Positions 19,746-28,966 of a stretch of DNA of 64,000 nucleotides are shown here, one piece after another. The notes under the pieces were generated by a model. The model saw nothing but the letters and a program-made list of their open reading frames with translations, made no database searches and was not told the origin of the DNA. The stretch is from assembly GCA_021648085.1 (NCBI GenBank), contig JAKITS010000001.1, positions 816,064 to 880,063 on the forward strand, written 5' to 3'. The stretch is from Candidatus Magasanikiibacteriota bacterium (lineage in GTDB: Bacteria; Patescibacteriota; Patescibacteriia; Magasanikbacterales; UBA922). A program made the position numbers and the translations under genes. Every line of letters begins with the position of its first letter. Position 1 is the stretch's first letter.

Positions 19746-19955
19746 CTATCTTTTTTTTGTCTCTAACACCTCAATTTTTTTGTGGCAATGACTTTTCCCG
19801 TCTTGCCACTGGTGATGTTTGAGCTTGTGGCAAACCGTCTCCACACGCTCAAATGTTTTTCCATTATACCGACTCACAATTGTGTGTGAGTCGGAAATGG
19901 TGGAAGCACACCCGCTCGCCAAAATGGCGAGCGAGAAGAAAAACAAGTACTTCAT
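19746..19955 (-). CDS. small lipoprotein, paralog 1 (lipobox LASGC)
   Basis: likely start at MKYLFFFSLAILASGCAST; ORF-track N-extension overlaps upstream paralog and is probably not translated. Confidence 0.5.
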   Translation of the reverse strand: MKYLFFFSLAILASGCASTISDSHTIVSRYNGKTFERVETVCHKLKHHQWQDGKSHCHKKIEVLETKKR

Positions 19956-20206
19956 CTTCTCCTCTTTTTTTGTTTCTTTTTTTTGATCGCCCGATACCGT
20001 CGTTGTTGGGCTTTTTCCCAGCTTGTTAGGACGGTACACTGAAATTTGCCGTTTTTAATACGGCAAACTGCGGCTCTCCGCGCTTGATAGCGCGGATTTC
20101 CGTAATACCGCTCACTCGCACTTTGCGAGTCCGCGGTGATCACGATACACCCGCTCGCCAAAATGGCGAGCGAGAAAAAAAGGAGGAAAATTAGCAAATG
20201 TTTCAT
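19952..20206 (-). CDS. small lipoprotein, paralog 2 (lipobox LASGC), poly-Lys/Arg tail
   Basis: likely start MKHLLIFLLFFSLAILASGC; shares signal peptide and nucleotide block cacccgctcgccaaaatggcgagcgagaa with paralog 1; minus-strand promoter TTGACA-17-TATATT at 20343-20371. Confidence 0.5.
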   Translation of the reverse strand: MKHLLIFLLFFSLAILASGCIVITADSQSASERYYGNPRYQARRAAVCRIKNGKFQCTVLTSWEKAQQRRYRAIKKKKQKKRRR

Positions 20207-20474
20207 TTCTTCTCCTTTTTTTTCGTTTCTTTTTTCTTTTCTTTTTTTTCTGTAAGGCATCGCTCCCACGATGCACCAAAAGACACAAGAACCATCACGG
20301 CCCCTCCTTTTTTAGGTTAAAAAATGAAATGAACATCGTTTAAATATACCACAAAAAAGCACTTTTGTCAAGCTTTGTATCTAAAAAAAACAAAAAAGAG
20401 CTAAAAAGCCCTTTTTTGTTCTTATTCTGTCCTAATCCAAGCGAAGAGATTCATCAAATGAAGTGATTCATTAT

Positions 20475-21755
20475 TTACTTTATTATTTGATCTTTCAACC
20501 ATTTCATCACTTTTCTATTTTGAACCATATTCGCAATTGTTCCACGAACTTCTGGTTTTTCTAGGTTTTTCATGTATTCTTCCTCGTGTTTGTACATTTT
20601 TTTCATTGTTGCAATCTCAGCATCAATTTCCTCTTTTTCAGCTTTTATATCATTTTCAATGGCGATTTCTCTAGATAAAAGTGCTGCTTTTGCACGTTTT
20701 TCAGCTTGAGCTTTGAAATCTTTAAACAGTTCTTTCTCTGTTTTTTTGATATCTTGCAAGTATTGTTCTATTGTAATTCCGTTTTTTTCAATATCGCGTT
20801 GCAATTCATAGAAAATTTTCTGTTTTTCATTGTCAATCAACAATTCTGGAATTTCATCAAATTTTGTTTTTTCAATCATTTTATCCAAAATTTCTATCTC
20901 AAAAGATTGATCTGCTTTGTGATCTGCTTCTGTTTGCAGATTCTTTTTAATTGTTGTTTTCAACTCTTCTACAGTTTTTTGTCCAAGTTTTACAGCAAAC
21001 CCTTCGTTTAATTCTGGAAATTGTCTTTCAAAAACTTCATTTACCTTTACTTTGAAACCAACTTTTTTTCCAGCAAGCATTTTTTGGTAGTGATCTTTTG
21101 GAAATTTAAGTGTAAATTCCTTTTTATCACCTTTTTTTAGTCCAACTATTTGTTCGTTGAAACCTTTTATATAGTGAGGTTCGCTTAAGTAAACTTGGTA
21201 GTTTTTGCTTTGTCCTCCGTCAACAGGAACTTTGTCCAAAAACATATCCATATCTATCAAAAGCTTGTCCTCTCCTTTTGCTTTTCCTGTTTTTGACACT
21301 TCTACGGCCTGCGTTTTACGAAGTGAATCGATTGTTTCATCTACTTGTTTGTCTGTAATTTCCTTTTTTTCTAACTTTGCTTTTACAGATTTTGTTTCAG
21401 CTAGCTTAATTTTTGGTAAAAGTGACACTACAGCTTTATATACCAAGTCATTTTTTGGTGCCATTTTTTCTATATTTATTTCAGGTTGCCCTATACTTTC
21501 TAACTCTTCTTTTTTGATAATTTCTACAAAAGTTTCCTGAATTATGTGGTTTACTGCCTCTTGTAAAAGTGCCATTTCACCAACTTCTTTTTTCAAAACA
21601 TCTAAAGGTACATTTCCCTTGCGAAATCCTTTTATATTTACTTTTTTAGAAACTCTTTTTCCAGCTTCTTCAAGCTGTTTTTTGTAATCTTCTGGAGCTA
21701 CAGTCACATTTAATTGAAGCTGAGACTTCGGAAGTTTTTTGGTTGAATAATCCAT
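20475..21755 (-). CDS. tig: trigger factor
   Basis: 426 aa; N-terminal ribosome-binding GFRKGNVP motif, PPIase middle domain, C-terminal arm. Confidence 0.9.
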   Translation of the reverse strand: MDYSTKKLPKSQLQLNVTVAPEDYKKQLEEAGKRVSKKVNIKGFRKGNVPLDVLKKEVGEMALLQEAVNHIIQETFVEIIKKEELESIGQPEINIEKMAPKNDLVYKAVVSLLPKIKLAETKSVKAKLEKKEITDKQVDETIDSLRKTQAVEVSKTGKAKGEDKLLIDMDMFLDKVPVDGGQSKNYQVYLSEPHYIKGFNEQIVGLKKGDKKEFTLKFPKDHYQKMLAGKKVGFKVKVNEVFERQFPELNEGFAVKLGQKTVEELKTTIKKNLQTEADHKADQSFEIEILDKMIEKTKFDEIPELLIDNEKQKIFYELQRDIEKNGITIEQYLQDIKKTEKELFKDFKAQAEKRAKAALLSREIAIENDIKAEKEEIDAEIATMKKMYKHEEEYMKNLEKPEVRGTIANMVQNRKVMKWLKDQIIK

Positions 21756-21901
21756 AATTTATAAAATATATTATTGAGACCATATAATAACCTATTTTTG
21801 CAAAAAAATCAAGTTTTAATGTAGAAAAACATAAAACTTATTTTTTCATTGACTTTTCTTGCTAAAAAAGGCATAATAATAGTGTTTCAGGATAACACCT
21901 G

Positions 21902-23278
21902 ATGGTTATTATGAGGCATAAATTATATAAAATATTTCTTAAATTTTTGCGTACCCTTGTTTTGACAAAGAGGGCTTTTTTTCGTATATTCAAAATATTG
22001 AAACCATTTTTTGAAAAAATTGGTCAACTTTATAGAAGTACACTAGGTTTTTGGGTTTATAAGATACTTTTTGGAGTAAAAAGAAGAACAGGAAAATTCA
22101 ATAACCCAATAAAAGGATCAATAGCACATTTTTTTGGTAAGCGCAATACTCTGCAAGTTGTATTTTTTGTGGTTGCTATTGTGGTTATGATTCCTCATAG
22201 TTCACTTTATACTCAAGACAGTGCGTCTGTGCCTGGTAGAAATTCTGTACTTTATAAAATGGTAGGCTCTGGAGAACAGGATTTTGATATGCAAGAGGTA
22301 ATTATAGATATTTCAGCAATTCAAACACCGCAAGACACTAGGAGTTGGCGTGAGGCATCTATTGTTTTGGAAACAGGTGCAACTCCACAAAAAGTTATTA
22401 TAGAAAAAGAGGGTATTTCTGGAATTACTGCTGGAGGAAGTGCTATTGCAAAACCTTCAATTATTACAGGGGCAGAAATTCCAACAATTGAAGCGGGAAG
22501 AGTAGATTCTCGCACAGAAATTTTAAATTATGAAGTTCAGCCAGGAGATGTTATTGGTTCAATTGCACAGAAATTTGGGTTAAATACTATTACTGTTTTG
22601 TGGGCGAACGGATTAACTTCTCGTTCTTATATTCGCCCAGGCGATAAGTTGAAAATTTTACCAACTGACGGGGTTTTGCATAAGGTTGTAAGTGGAGATA
22701 ATATTTCTAAAATTGCAAGCAAATACAGTGTAAAAGTAGATGAGATAGTAGAGTACAACAAGCTTGCGAATGCATCTGACATAATAGTAGGAGAACAGTT
22801 AATTGTTCCAGGTGGTGTAAAACCAAGAGCAGTTTATATTCCAAGACCTTCAAGCGGGAATTCTGTGTTTAGAAATGTTTCTGCTCCACCACCGTCTGTA
22901 AGCTCACCTGCTGGATCTGAATTTGTATGGCCTGCAGGGGTTCGTAGAATTACTCAATATTATGGTTGGCGTCATACTGCTTTGGATATTGCCGGGCCAA
23001 TTGGAACACCGCTTTATGCATCAAAAAGTGGTACGGTTATAAAATCTAAGTGTGGATGGAATGGTGGTTATGGTTGTTATGTTATTTTGAACCACGGAGG
23101 CGGTGTGCAGACACTTTACGCGCATTCTTCACAACTCCTAGTTTCTTACGGGGAAAAGGTTGTGCAAGGGCAGGTAATTGCACTAATGGGTTCTACCGGT
23201 CGCTCTACTGGATCACATATTCATTATGAGGTTCGTATAAACGGAGTTAGGAAAAACCCACTAAGATATATCAAATAA
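21902..23278 (+). CDS. LysM-domain M23 family peptidoglycan metalloendopeptidase
   Basis: 458 aa; N-terminal TM, two LysM repeats (YEVQPGDVIGSIAQKFG; HKVVSGDNISKIASKYS), C-terminal M23 motifs HTALDIAG...HIHYEV. Confidence 0.85.
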   Translation: MVIMRHKLYKIFLKFLRTLVLTKRAFFRIFKILKPFFEKIGQLYRSTLGFWVYKILFGVKRRTGKFNNPIKGSIAHFFGKRNTLQVVFFVVAIVVMIPHSSLYTQDSASVPGRNSVLYKMVGSGEQDFDMQEVIIDISAIQTPQDTRSWREASIVLETGATPQKVIIEKEGISGITAGGSAIAKPSIITGAEIPTIEAGRVDSRTEILNYEVQPGDVIGSIAQKFGLNTITVLWANGLTSRSYIRPGDKLKILPTDGVLHKVVSGDNISKIASKYSVKVDEIVEYNKLANASDIIVGEQLIVPGGVKPRAVYIPRPSSGNSVFRNVSAPPPSVSSPAGSEFVWPAGVRRITQYYGWRHTALDIAGPIGTPLYASKSGTVIKSKCGWNGGYGCYVILNHGGGVQTLYAHSSQLLVSYGEKVVQGQVIALMGSTGRSTGSHIHYEVRINGVRKNPLRYIK

Positions 23279-23353
23279 AAAATCAGCTAAACAGCTGATT
23301 TTTTATTTGACATTAAGAGTGAAAGTTTATTAAACTTGTATTAAGTTCTTTTT

Positions 23354-23698
23354 ATGGAGGAAAAAATGAAATGTACACAATGTGAAAATGGGCAAATCCG
23401 TGTTTGGGATTATAATGAAAATAAATGTCTTAAAAAAGAAGCTGTATCTTCTATTGGAATTTGTGCTAAGTGTGATAGTTGTTTTGCAAAATTTTTTATT
23501 AAACGGGAAGGTCTTTGTCTTCAATATCTCGATCAAATTTCACAAAATCCTGTTGAGGTTATTTTTGATAAAAGAGGTTTTGAGGTAAGTTGCGGACGGA
23601 GTTGGTTTTTTGAGGGTAAGACTTATAAACCATCAAAAGCTGTTTTGAAAAAATTGGCAAATAGTCCTAAATTGTCTGATTTTATTAAAAAAATATAA
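23354..23698 (+). CDS. hypothetical Cys-rich protein
   Basis: 114 aa with CxxC pairs (CTQCENG...CAKCDSC); bracketed by two hairpin terminators (23275-23306 and 23703-23730); likely true start at MKCTQ (23366) after GGAGG RBS. Confidence 0.4.
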   Translation: MEEKMKCTQCENGQIRVWDYNENKCLKKEAVSSIGICAKCDSCFAKFFIKREGLCLQYLDQISQNPVEVIFDKRGFEVSCGRSWFFEGKTYKPSKAVLKKLANSPKLSDFIKKI

Positions 23699-23758
23699 AA
23701 TCAAAAACCAGCTGAAAAGCTGGTTTTTTGTCTCAGATTATCTGTTTTATGTCTTTTC

Positions 23759-25276
23759 CTATTCAACCCTCGCTCTAAATTGTAATGCTTCTGCAATGTG
23801 CTTAGTCTCAAGATTATCTATATTTTCCAGATCTGCAATAGTTCTAGCAAGTTTCAAAATTCTATAGTAACTTCGTGCAGAAAGATGTAATTTTTCTACG
23901 GCCTGTCTTAGTAATTCTTTGGATTCATCGTTTAATTTACAAAATTCACGGATATCTTTTGTACGCATTTCGCTATTTGTGTGATAAGGCAAATTTTCAA
24001 AACGCTCACTTTGTTTTTTTCTTGCATTTTCAACGCGTACACGAATATTTTTAGATGTTTCTGCTAGATCATTTTTTGATAATTTTTCAAATGCTACTCT
24101 TGGTACTTCTACATGCAAATCTATTCTATCCAAAAGTGGTCCGCTAATTTTCTTTTTGTAATGTGCAATTTGAGAAGGGGAGCAGGTACACATTCTGTCT
24201 GGGTCGCTAAAATATCCACACGGACAAGGATTTTGACTTGCAACAAGTGTAAACTGTGCTGGAAATGTTAGGCTTCCTTGTGCTCTAGAAATGGACACTA
24301 CACCATCTTCGAGTGGTTGGCGTAGATTTTCCAGTACAGACCTCGGAAACTCTGGGAATTCATCCAAAAATAGTACTCCACGATGTGCCATAGAAATTTC
24401 TCCGGGTTTTGGAAAGCGACCTCCACCAACTAGTGCAACTGCACTAGCACTATGATGTGGAGCTCTAAATGGACGCTCTGTAATTAAAGCTTTTTTAAAT
24501 AAATTTCCAGAAACAGAATAAATTTTTGTTACCTCTAAAGCTTCTTCTAAAGTCATTTTTGGTAAAATACTTGGGAAGGTTCTGGCTAAAAGTGTTTTTC
24601 CAGACCCAGGAGGTCCAGAAAGAAGTATGTTGTGAGCACCACTCGCTGCTATTTCTAAAGCTCTTTTTGCAAATTCTTGTCCTTTTACATGAGCCATGTC
24701 GAGCTCGTATAAATTTTCTGTAAACCATTCTTCCGGATTTTGTGGTTGCACAGGCTCCATTTTTTTAATATTTGTAATATGTTCAACCAATTCTTTAAAA
24801 TTTGAAACAGAATAAATTTCAATTCCAGAGACAAGACCAGCCTCTTTTACATTTTGAGCTGGGACAAAAAGTCGTTTAAAATTATTTTTTTTTGCAAACA
24901 ACGCGATAGGAAGTATGCCATTTGCAGAGCGAACACTTCCGTCCAATGCCAATTCCCCCACAAACAAACTATCATCAAAAGTATTTTTCATTTTTTGGCT
25001 TGCCAAAAACATCCCAATCGCCATCGGTAAATCGTAATGAGAACCTTCTTTGCGCACATCTGCTGGCGCCAAATTTACAATTATTTTGTGATTGCTAGGA
25101 AATTGCAACCCAGCATTTTTCCACGCTGTCCTTATCCTTTCTTTTGCCTCCTGAATGGCAGCATCTGGTAAACCAACTATTTGATAACCGGGCCAACTTC
25201 CAGAAACATCCACTTCTACATCAATCTGTGCACATCCTAAACCAAGAACCCCTGCAGAATTAATTTTACAAAACAT
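23759..25276 (-). CDS. comM: Mg-chelatase-like AAA+ protein YifB/ComM
   Basis: 505 aa; N-terminal Lon-protease-like domain, Walker A GPPGSGKT, zinc-ribbon-like CPCGYF...CTC, C-terminal helical domain. Confidence 0.9.
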   Translation of the reverse strand: MFCKINSAGVLGLGCAQIDVEVDVSGSWPGYQIVGLPDAAIQEAKERIRTAWKNAGLQFPSNHKIIVNLAPADVRKEGSHYDLPMAIGMFLASQKMKNTFDDSLFVGELALDGSVRSANGILPIALFAKKNNFKRLFVPAQNVKEAGLVSGIEIYSVSNFKELVEHITNIKKMEPVQPQNPEEWFTENLYELDMAHVKGQEFAKRALEIAASGAHNILLSGPPGSGKTLLARTFPSILPKMTLEEALEVTKIYSVSGNLFKKALITERPFRAPHHSASAVALVGGGRFPKPGEISMAHRGVLFLDEFPEFPRSVLENLRQPLEDGVVSISRAQGSLTFPAQFTLVASQNPCPCGYFSDPDRMCTCSPSQIAHYKKKISGPLLDRIDLHVEVPRVAFEKLSKNDLAETSKNIRVRVENARKKQSERFENLPYHTNSEMRTKDIREFCKLNDESKELLRQAVEKLHLSARSYYRILKLARTIADLENIDNLETKHIAEALQFRARVE

Positions 25277-25277
25277 A

Positions 25278-25781
25278 TTATTGCTTTTTCTTTAAGCTCG
25301 GAACTACAAGTATCAGCCCCCCTACTATTATCATAATATCCGCTATATTTATAACCGATGTGAACACCCTAAAGTAATCTACCACAAAACCAAGAAATAC
25401 ACGATCTATTAAATTTGAGATGGCTCCTGCAATAACAAGAGATGTTCCAAAAATAAGCCAAAACTTTTTTTTCTTGGTTTTCATTAGAAAAATAATTAAA
25501 CTTGCAATTATAATTGGTATAAATGTGATTAGCAAGAATTTTGGCATAGGAAGACTAAAAGCAATGCCATAGTTTTCATAATATTCCCACCCGACTATAT
25601 TTTTAATTAAATAATAGCTTTTAGATGGATTGTTTACAGCCATACTTTTTAGACTCTGATCCAAAAACAAAAAAAACCCAGATAAAAAAGTTGCTCCTAA
25701 AAGCATTTTTGCACAGAGTATTTTTTGCTTGCTTAAAGCCATTTTAAGCTTCTTCTTTGATTGTTTTTTTACAACTAACAC
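25278..25781 (-). CDS. lspA: lipoprotein signal peptidase II
   Basis: 167 aa, 4 TM; conserved NxGxAF-like GIAFSL and NLIDRVFLGFVVDYF motifs. Confidence 0.8.
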   Translation of the reverse strand: MLVVKKQSKKKLKMALSKQKILCAKMLLGATFLSGFFLFLDQSLKSMAVNNPSKSYYLIKNIVGWEYYENYGIAFSLPMPKFLLITFIPIIIASLIIFLMKTKKKKFWLIFGTSLVIAGAISNLIDRVFLGFVVDYFRVFTSVINIADIMIIVGGLILVVPSLKKKQ

Positions 25782-26118
25782 AAGATCCTGAAGTTGGTCG
25801 TGCTCGTAGTCTTCTTTTGTCTATAGGTTTGTCGCAGTATTTACAAATACCATAAGACCTTTTCTCTATTGAAGTTAGTGCTTTGTTTACGTCGCGCAAC
25901 AACTTTTCCAAGTTTATCTCCAAAGGCTTGTTTACAGCATATTGCTCCATTTCTTGCACATTATCATCTTCATCATCTCCATATTCTGGATAGTTTGCCT
26001 CAAAATCTCCTTTTATCTTAGGATTTTTACGAGTAAATTTAGAAAGCTCTCTTTCTAAACGAGTCTTATCTTTTAGTAATTTTTCTTTTATTTCCCCTAC
26101 AAATTTTGGATCATGCAT
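25744..26118 (-). CDS. DksA/TraR-family C4 zinc-finger protein
   Basis: 124 aa; C-terminal CKYCDKPI...CVSCKK four-Cys finger, N-terminal coiled-coil; overlaps lspA start by 38 nt. Confidence 0.7.
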   Translation of the reverse strand: MHDPKFVGEIKEKLLKDKTRLERELSKFTRKNPKIKGDFEANYPEYGDDEDDNVQEMEQYAVNKPLEINLEKLLRDVNKALTSIEKRSYGICKYCDKPIDKRRLRARPTSGSCVSCKKTIKEEA

Positions 26119-26179
26119 ATTGTTCTACTATTTAAAGTGCTTCTATTATATGAAATAATTCGATTTTTTGCAATAGCTC

Positions 26180-26430
26180 GTAAGAAGAACAAGAAATAAA
26201 TACACATCATCCCGAACAAAGCGAAGTACAAAATACTCACATATTATCCCAAACAAAACGCAAAATATACACACGTCATCCTGAGCGAAGCCGAAGGATC
26301 TCGAAACAATATCACCAAAACATAAAAATAGTGAAACAAACACGAGATATTTCGACTCCACTTCGTTTTGTTTAGTATGATGTGAAGTCCTTTTGTCATT
26401 CCCGACCCCGATCGGGAATCCAGGAGTCTT
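26180..26430. mobile_element. MITE-like copy (26273-26383) plus flanking modules (gtcattcccgaccccgatcgggaatccaggagtc)
   Basis: cacgtcatcctgagcgaagccgaaggatctcgaaac ... cacgagatatttcgactccacttcgttttgtttagtatgatgtg. Confidence 0.85.
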
Positions 26431-26454
26431 TATTCACAGATAATAAAAGAAAGA

Positions 26455-26735
26455 ACAGGAAAGTAGTGTGTTTACTTATTTAAACAAACAAAAAAGGCGT
26501 CCGAATGAGCCTAATAGTTATATTTGCTCTGGACGCCTTGTTTATAGTTCGTCTTCTTTAAGTACGATATTTTCGCAATCTCTGCGAAAGGTATTATTAC
26601 TTAAGGAAGACTCTCTTTACCCCACAGAGGTAGAGCCCTCGGTTCGTCATATAAACGACGAACAATAGTGAAGGTTACCAGTCCAGCTTACGGTTGTTGC
26701 GTCTCATAAGTGCCTTAGGAGACTTTTTTATTTTT
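26455..26735. ncRNA. candidate structured small RNA (unclassified), strand uncertain
   Basis: about 280-bp ORF-free, unusually GC-richer segment with long imperfect stem-loops (gtcttctttaagta...tacttaaggaagac; gttcgtc..gacgaac); intrinsic terminators at both edges (26495-26540 facing minus; 26700-26735 facing plus). Confidence 0.35.
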
Positions 26736-27004
26736 GTTTTTGTTTTTTTGTCCGAAGATAATTGGACAGCTTTTTGAAATGAAAGAGCATTAAAACGCAA
26801 CAATTATAAGCTGGAAAGAGTAGAGTGAAAGAGGTCGATGTAACTCGCAAATAGAACTTTGTGAATTACAGCGTTTGTCAATGAACTATGTCTATATTAT
26901 GCCATATTTTTTAGAGTTTGTCAATGTTGGTGGGATTAGTTTAAATTTGGCTAAATTAAGCCAGTTTTTTTGAACACAAAAGTGTGTGTTAGTAAATACA
27001 AAAA

Positions 27005-27216
27005 AAATTGTGGATAAATTTAAAAAGTTATCCACAGATTTACTAAGTTATCCACAAGTTATCCACATTTTATATTTTTTGTGTAGGACTGAATAATTAT
27101 TTTTGGAGAGTTAGCTGTGTACAAAATGTGTACAACCTGTGGATTTTTCGTGGAAAACTTGAAAATAAAGGCTTGTATAAAATATGTGAACAGACATAAA
27201 AGTTTAGTGTGGATAA
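27005..27216. promoter_or_regulatory. cluster of five perfect DnaA boxes (TTATCCACA) in AT-rich intergenic region
   Basis: ttgtggataaatt (27008), gttatccacag (27038), gttatccacaag (27050), ttatccacatt (27060), gtgtggataagtt (27207); about 11 kb from dnaA. Confidence 0.7.
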
Positions 27217-27313
27217 GTTTAAAATTGAAAAATTTATATATTATTTAAAATGATTTAGTATTTTGTTATTTTTCAAATAATAAAATACCCTCAATTTTTC
27301 AATTGAGGGTAAA

Positions 27314-27394
27314 TACCGGAAACGGGAATCGAACCCGTACGCTTTAAGGCGGGAGATTTTAAGTCTCCTGTGTATACCATTTCACCATTCCGGC
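27314..27394 (-). tRNA. tRNA-Leu (UAA), copy 1
   Basis: minus-strand GCCGGAATGGTGAAATGGTATACACAGGAGACTTAAAATCTCC + long variable arm + CGGGTTCGATTCCCG; anticodon loop CUUAAAA; own promoter (TTGACA-17-TAATTT, minus, about 27420-27455). Confidence 0.8.
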
Positions 27395-27667
27395 ACAAGA
27401 AATTAAAAAATAATGAACTATTTATGAAATTATCATATTTTTTGTTTTTTGTCAATCTTTTTGGATTAAATTTTGGATAAATTATAAAAATAAATATATT
27501 TATTCATTCCCACAACAAAAAAACAGCAATACTGCTGTTTTTGTGCCGCGTTCGAGGGTCTCCCTGTGTAGTTTTGGTTTTCACCAAACCTACCCTTCGA
27601 TTCCCGACATGACACAAGACTTTGTGTCATTCCCACAACAAAAAAACAGCAATACTGCTGTTTTTTG

Positions 27668-27752
27668 TGCCGCGGGCGGGAATCGAACCCGCACTCCTTT
27701 AGGGGGAACAGGATTTTAAGTCCTGCGTGTCTACCAATTCCACCACCGCGGC
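27668..27752 (-). tRNA. tRNA-Leu (UAA), copy 2
   Basis: minus-strand GCCGCGGTGGTGGAATTGGTAGACACGCAGGACTTAAAATCCTG + long variable arm + TTCGATTCCCGCCCGCGGCA; immediately followed by hairpin terminator 27640-27667. Confidence 0.85.
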
Positions 27753-27912
27753 AGGGGTTTGTATGTTTGAAGACAGTCCCATTATGTCTTAATTTTTACA
27801 AAAAGTCAAGATTTATCCTTTTTAGCTTGACAAAAGAGGTTGAAGATGGTATTTTATAATGCATCAGTAACATAGTGTTGCTGGTGTTCAGTTTCAACAT
27901 GGAGGAAGGAAA

Positions 27913-28542
27913 ATGGGCGACAGAGGTCTTTATATGAATAATAATTGGTTTGGTGACATCAATAAATCTGATGACACAAAAAATAAAATAAAACAAACAC
28001 AAAAAAGTGTGCGACATCTTGTGATTGATGCAAGAGTTAAAGCACAAAAGTCCGCTAAAAGAATTTTGGAAGAGGTGGAGCTTCGTGTCCGCGTAATGGA
28101 TAGTAGGTTGGTGGAGTTCATTGTATTTGTCATGGCGAATGAGTGGATCCAGCAAAGTTATTTAGGAATTGACGAGGAACTTAAGAACCTATCACTTCGT
28201 CCACTTTCCTTAGCTCTTGCTCTTCAAGCCAGCTTTTGGGATGGTTTGTTGAAAGAAATTGAAGACAATGAAAATTTAGATATTTCAGCTTTTATTCTAG
28301 AGACAAGAGATAAGGCTATTGTCTCTGGTCAGTTGTTTGTGGAGGATATGAAGCCTTGTTATGAGGAACTTCTTCAAAGATTAAAAAATATAAAAGATCT
28401 GATTTTAGAAATGAAAGGTATGAAAGCCGCTTCAGATTTTGGTAAAATTAAGAATTGTTTTACTTTTACTAGCTACACCCCACTTTCTGTTGCTCTTCGT
28501 GAGCAAAAAAGAGTGTGGGATGAGTTGGTTGAAAAGATCTAA
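27913..28542 (+). CDS. hypothetical protein
   Basis: 209 aa, good RBS (GGAGGAAGGAAAATG); no recognisable family; acidic/helical. Confidence 0.45.
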   Translation: MGDRGLYMNNNWFGDINKSDDTKNKIKQTQKSVRHLVIDARVKAQKSAKRILEEVELRVRVMDSRLVEFIVFVMANEWIQQSYLGIDEELKNLSLRPLSLALALQASFWDGLLKEIEDNENLDISAFILETRDKAIVSGQLFVEDMKPCYEELLQRLKNIKDLILEMKGMKAASDFGKIKNCFTFTSYTPLSVALREQKRVWDELVEKI

Positions 28543-28599
28543 AAATAATAAAAAAGATAAGCAGAATAACAAAGCCAGCGGAACAACCGCTGGCTCTTT

Positions 28600-28870
28600 T
28601 TTTATAAAAAATATTGTACATTATGCTTATTCCGGTCATCTCGAGCGAAGTGAGAGAGCGCTTAAGTGTTTTAAAAACAACACACTTTAATAATAAAGCT
28701 TAAGCGATTTCTCACTTACATACTTGGGTTCGGAATGACAGAACAAAAGGAACTAAGGTTTTATTATAATTATTTATATTTTATGAAACTGTATGGGGAT
28801 ATTTCGACTCCACTTCGTTTCGCTCAATATGATGTGAAAGAAAGACCTCTTCGAGGTTAAGATCTAAGAC
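28600..28870. repeat. degenerate composite repeat (shares modules with 19500-19640)
   Basis: ggtcatctcgagcgaagtgagagagcg...ttcggaatgacagaa...gatatttcgactccacttcgtttcgctcaatatgatgtg. Confidence 0.7.
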
Positions 28871-28966
28871 TATTCCGTAGTTAAGCGAAGAAGAAAGTTA
28901 GAAAGCTCTTTCCTGCTTAATTCTTATTTTTTGTATCATGTTATCTGAATCATGTATCATACTCTC

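Noticed and set aside
19746-20269. ORF-track versions of the two lipoprotein genes with long N-terminal extensions overlapping each other
   Set aside because: Internal Met followed by canonical lipoprotein signal peptides and the upstream promoter position indicate shorter genes (19746-19955, 19952-20206).
20395-20425. Possible terminator aaaaaagagctaaaaagcccttttttg upstream of tig end
   Set aside because: No convincing inverted repeat; just an A/T-rich tract.
26468-26668. 66-aa ORF in the GC-richer structured region
   Set aside because: No RBS and a serine/leucine-rich nonsense-like composition; the region is better explained as a structured RNA with flanking terminators.
27541-27640. Possible additional tRNA or pseudo-tRNA between the two tRNA-Leu genes (contains ttcgattccc-like stretch)
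   Set aside because: No acceptor/D/anticodon arms can be paired; it only retains an 8-nt remnant (GTGCCGCG) of a duplicated tRNA 3' end plus a terminator copy.
27665-27859. 64-aa ORF on plus strand
   Set aside because: Overlaps the antisense of tRNA-Leu copy 2; not coding.
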